Shown here: positions 63,765 to 64,000 of the stretch, one piece after another
Layout of the letters: every line of letters starts with the position of its first letter
Numbering within the stretch: the stretch's first letter is position 1
Assembly (NCBI GenBank): GCA_031280685.1
Contig: JAITGM010000016.1
Location: 1,665 to 65,664 of the forward strand
Length of the DNA: 64,000 bases
Reading direction: 5' to 3'
Source: Christensenellaceae bacterium
Lineage (GTDB): Bacteria; Bacillota; Clostridia; Christensenellales; UBA1750
Notes under the pieces: model-generated
What the model was told of the DNA's origin: nothing
The model's input: only the letters and a program-made list of their open reading frames with translations
The model's database searches: none
Made by a program: the position numbers and the translations under genes

Positions 63765-64000
63765 GAGCAGCCCTTCGCCCTCCCTTTCACGGTCTTTCGG
63801 CGGCCTTTGACGCATAGGGGAAGGCGATGCTTTCGTATACTCCGGACAGTAACGAGCTATGCTATCGCCGAAAACCGAGGGTTTTGGGGCGATGAAGCGC
63901 TCATCGGATCCAGGGCAAAGATGAGCGGCGGCAAGCTGGTCGTGGTTGTCGGTCAGCAAAGCATCGGCGGCAAAATCGACGTATTCCCCCTCGAAAGGCA

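Overview
This GC-rich window looks like the chromosome of a spore-forming Firmicute (Clostridia, probably Oscillospiraceae or Ruminococcaceae-like). Nearly all of it is core housekeeping, mostly on the minus strand. In order, it holds:
- a split metH locus (core protein, separate reactivation-domain protein, and a YitJ-like gene running off the left edge), then tRNA-Val, an M20 peptidase and thrC;
- the tail of the division cluster (yggS, sepF, yggT, ylmH, divIVA, lspA, rluD), a SigF/G-type sigma factor and two tandem VanW/G5 paralogs;
- the B. subtilis-like ylbH(rsmD)-ylbI(coaD)-ylbJ-ylbK block, uppP, and several secreted, lipoprotein or SH3 genes;
- xth, a purine permease, a sortase-anchored LRR protein, typA and prfC;
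- a dapA-dapB operon behind a lysine-riboswitch-like leader, then an ECF S-component gene with coaX, fhs and hisC;
- a THF riboswitch with folT, ggt, an ABC-F ATPase and an AraC-type response regulator.

I did not find a convincing multi-gene novel system such as defence, secretion or a mobile island. The observations most worth a second look are:
1. A dispersed family of long-hairpin palindromic repeats (CGTCATTGCGAGG...CCTCGCAATGACG) forming arrays in three intergenic regions.
2. A DapB fused to an aspartokinase-type ACT-domain pair, downstream of an L-box.
3. A candidate ~80-nt sRNA with an exposed CUCCUCC motif between rsmD and the VanW genes.
4. A ~55-nt upstream element shared by two secreted-protein genes.
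5. An isolated helical hypothetical gene next to the largest repeat array.
6. Several decayed genes: a Nudix remnant and a frameshifted lipoprotein.

Many ORF-track entries are antisense shadow ORFs or 5'-over-extended versions of the real genes. Where possible I re-set starts using RBS and promoter evidence.
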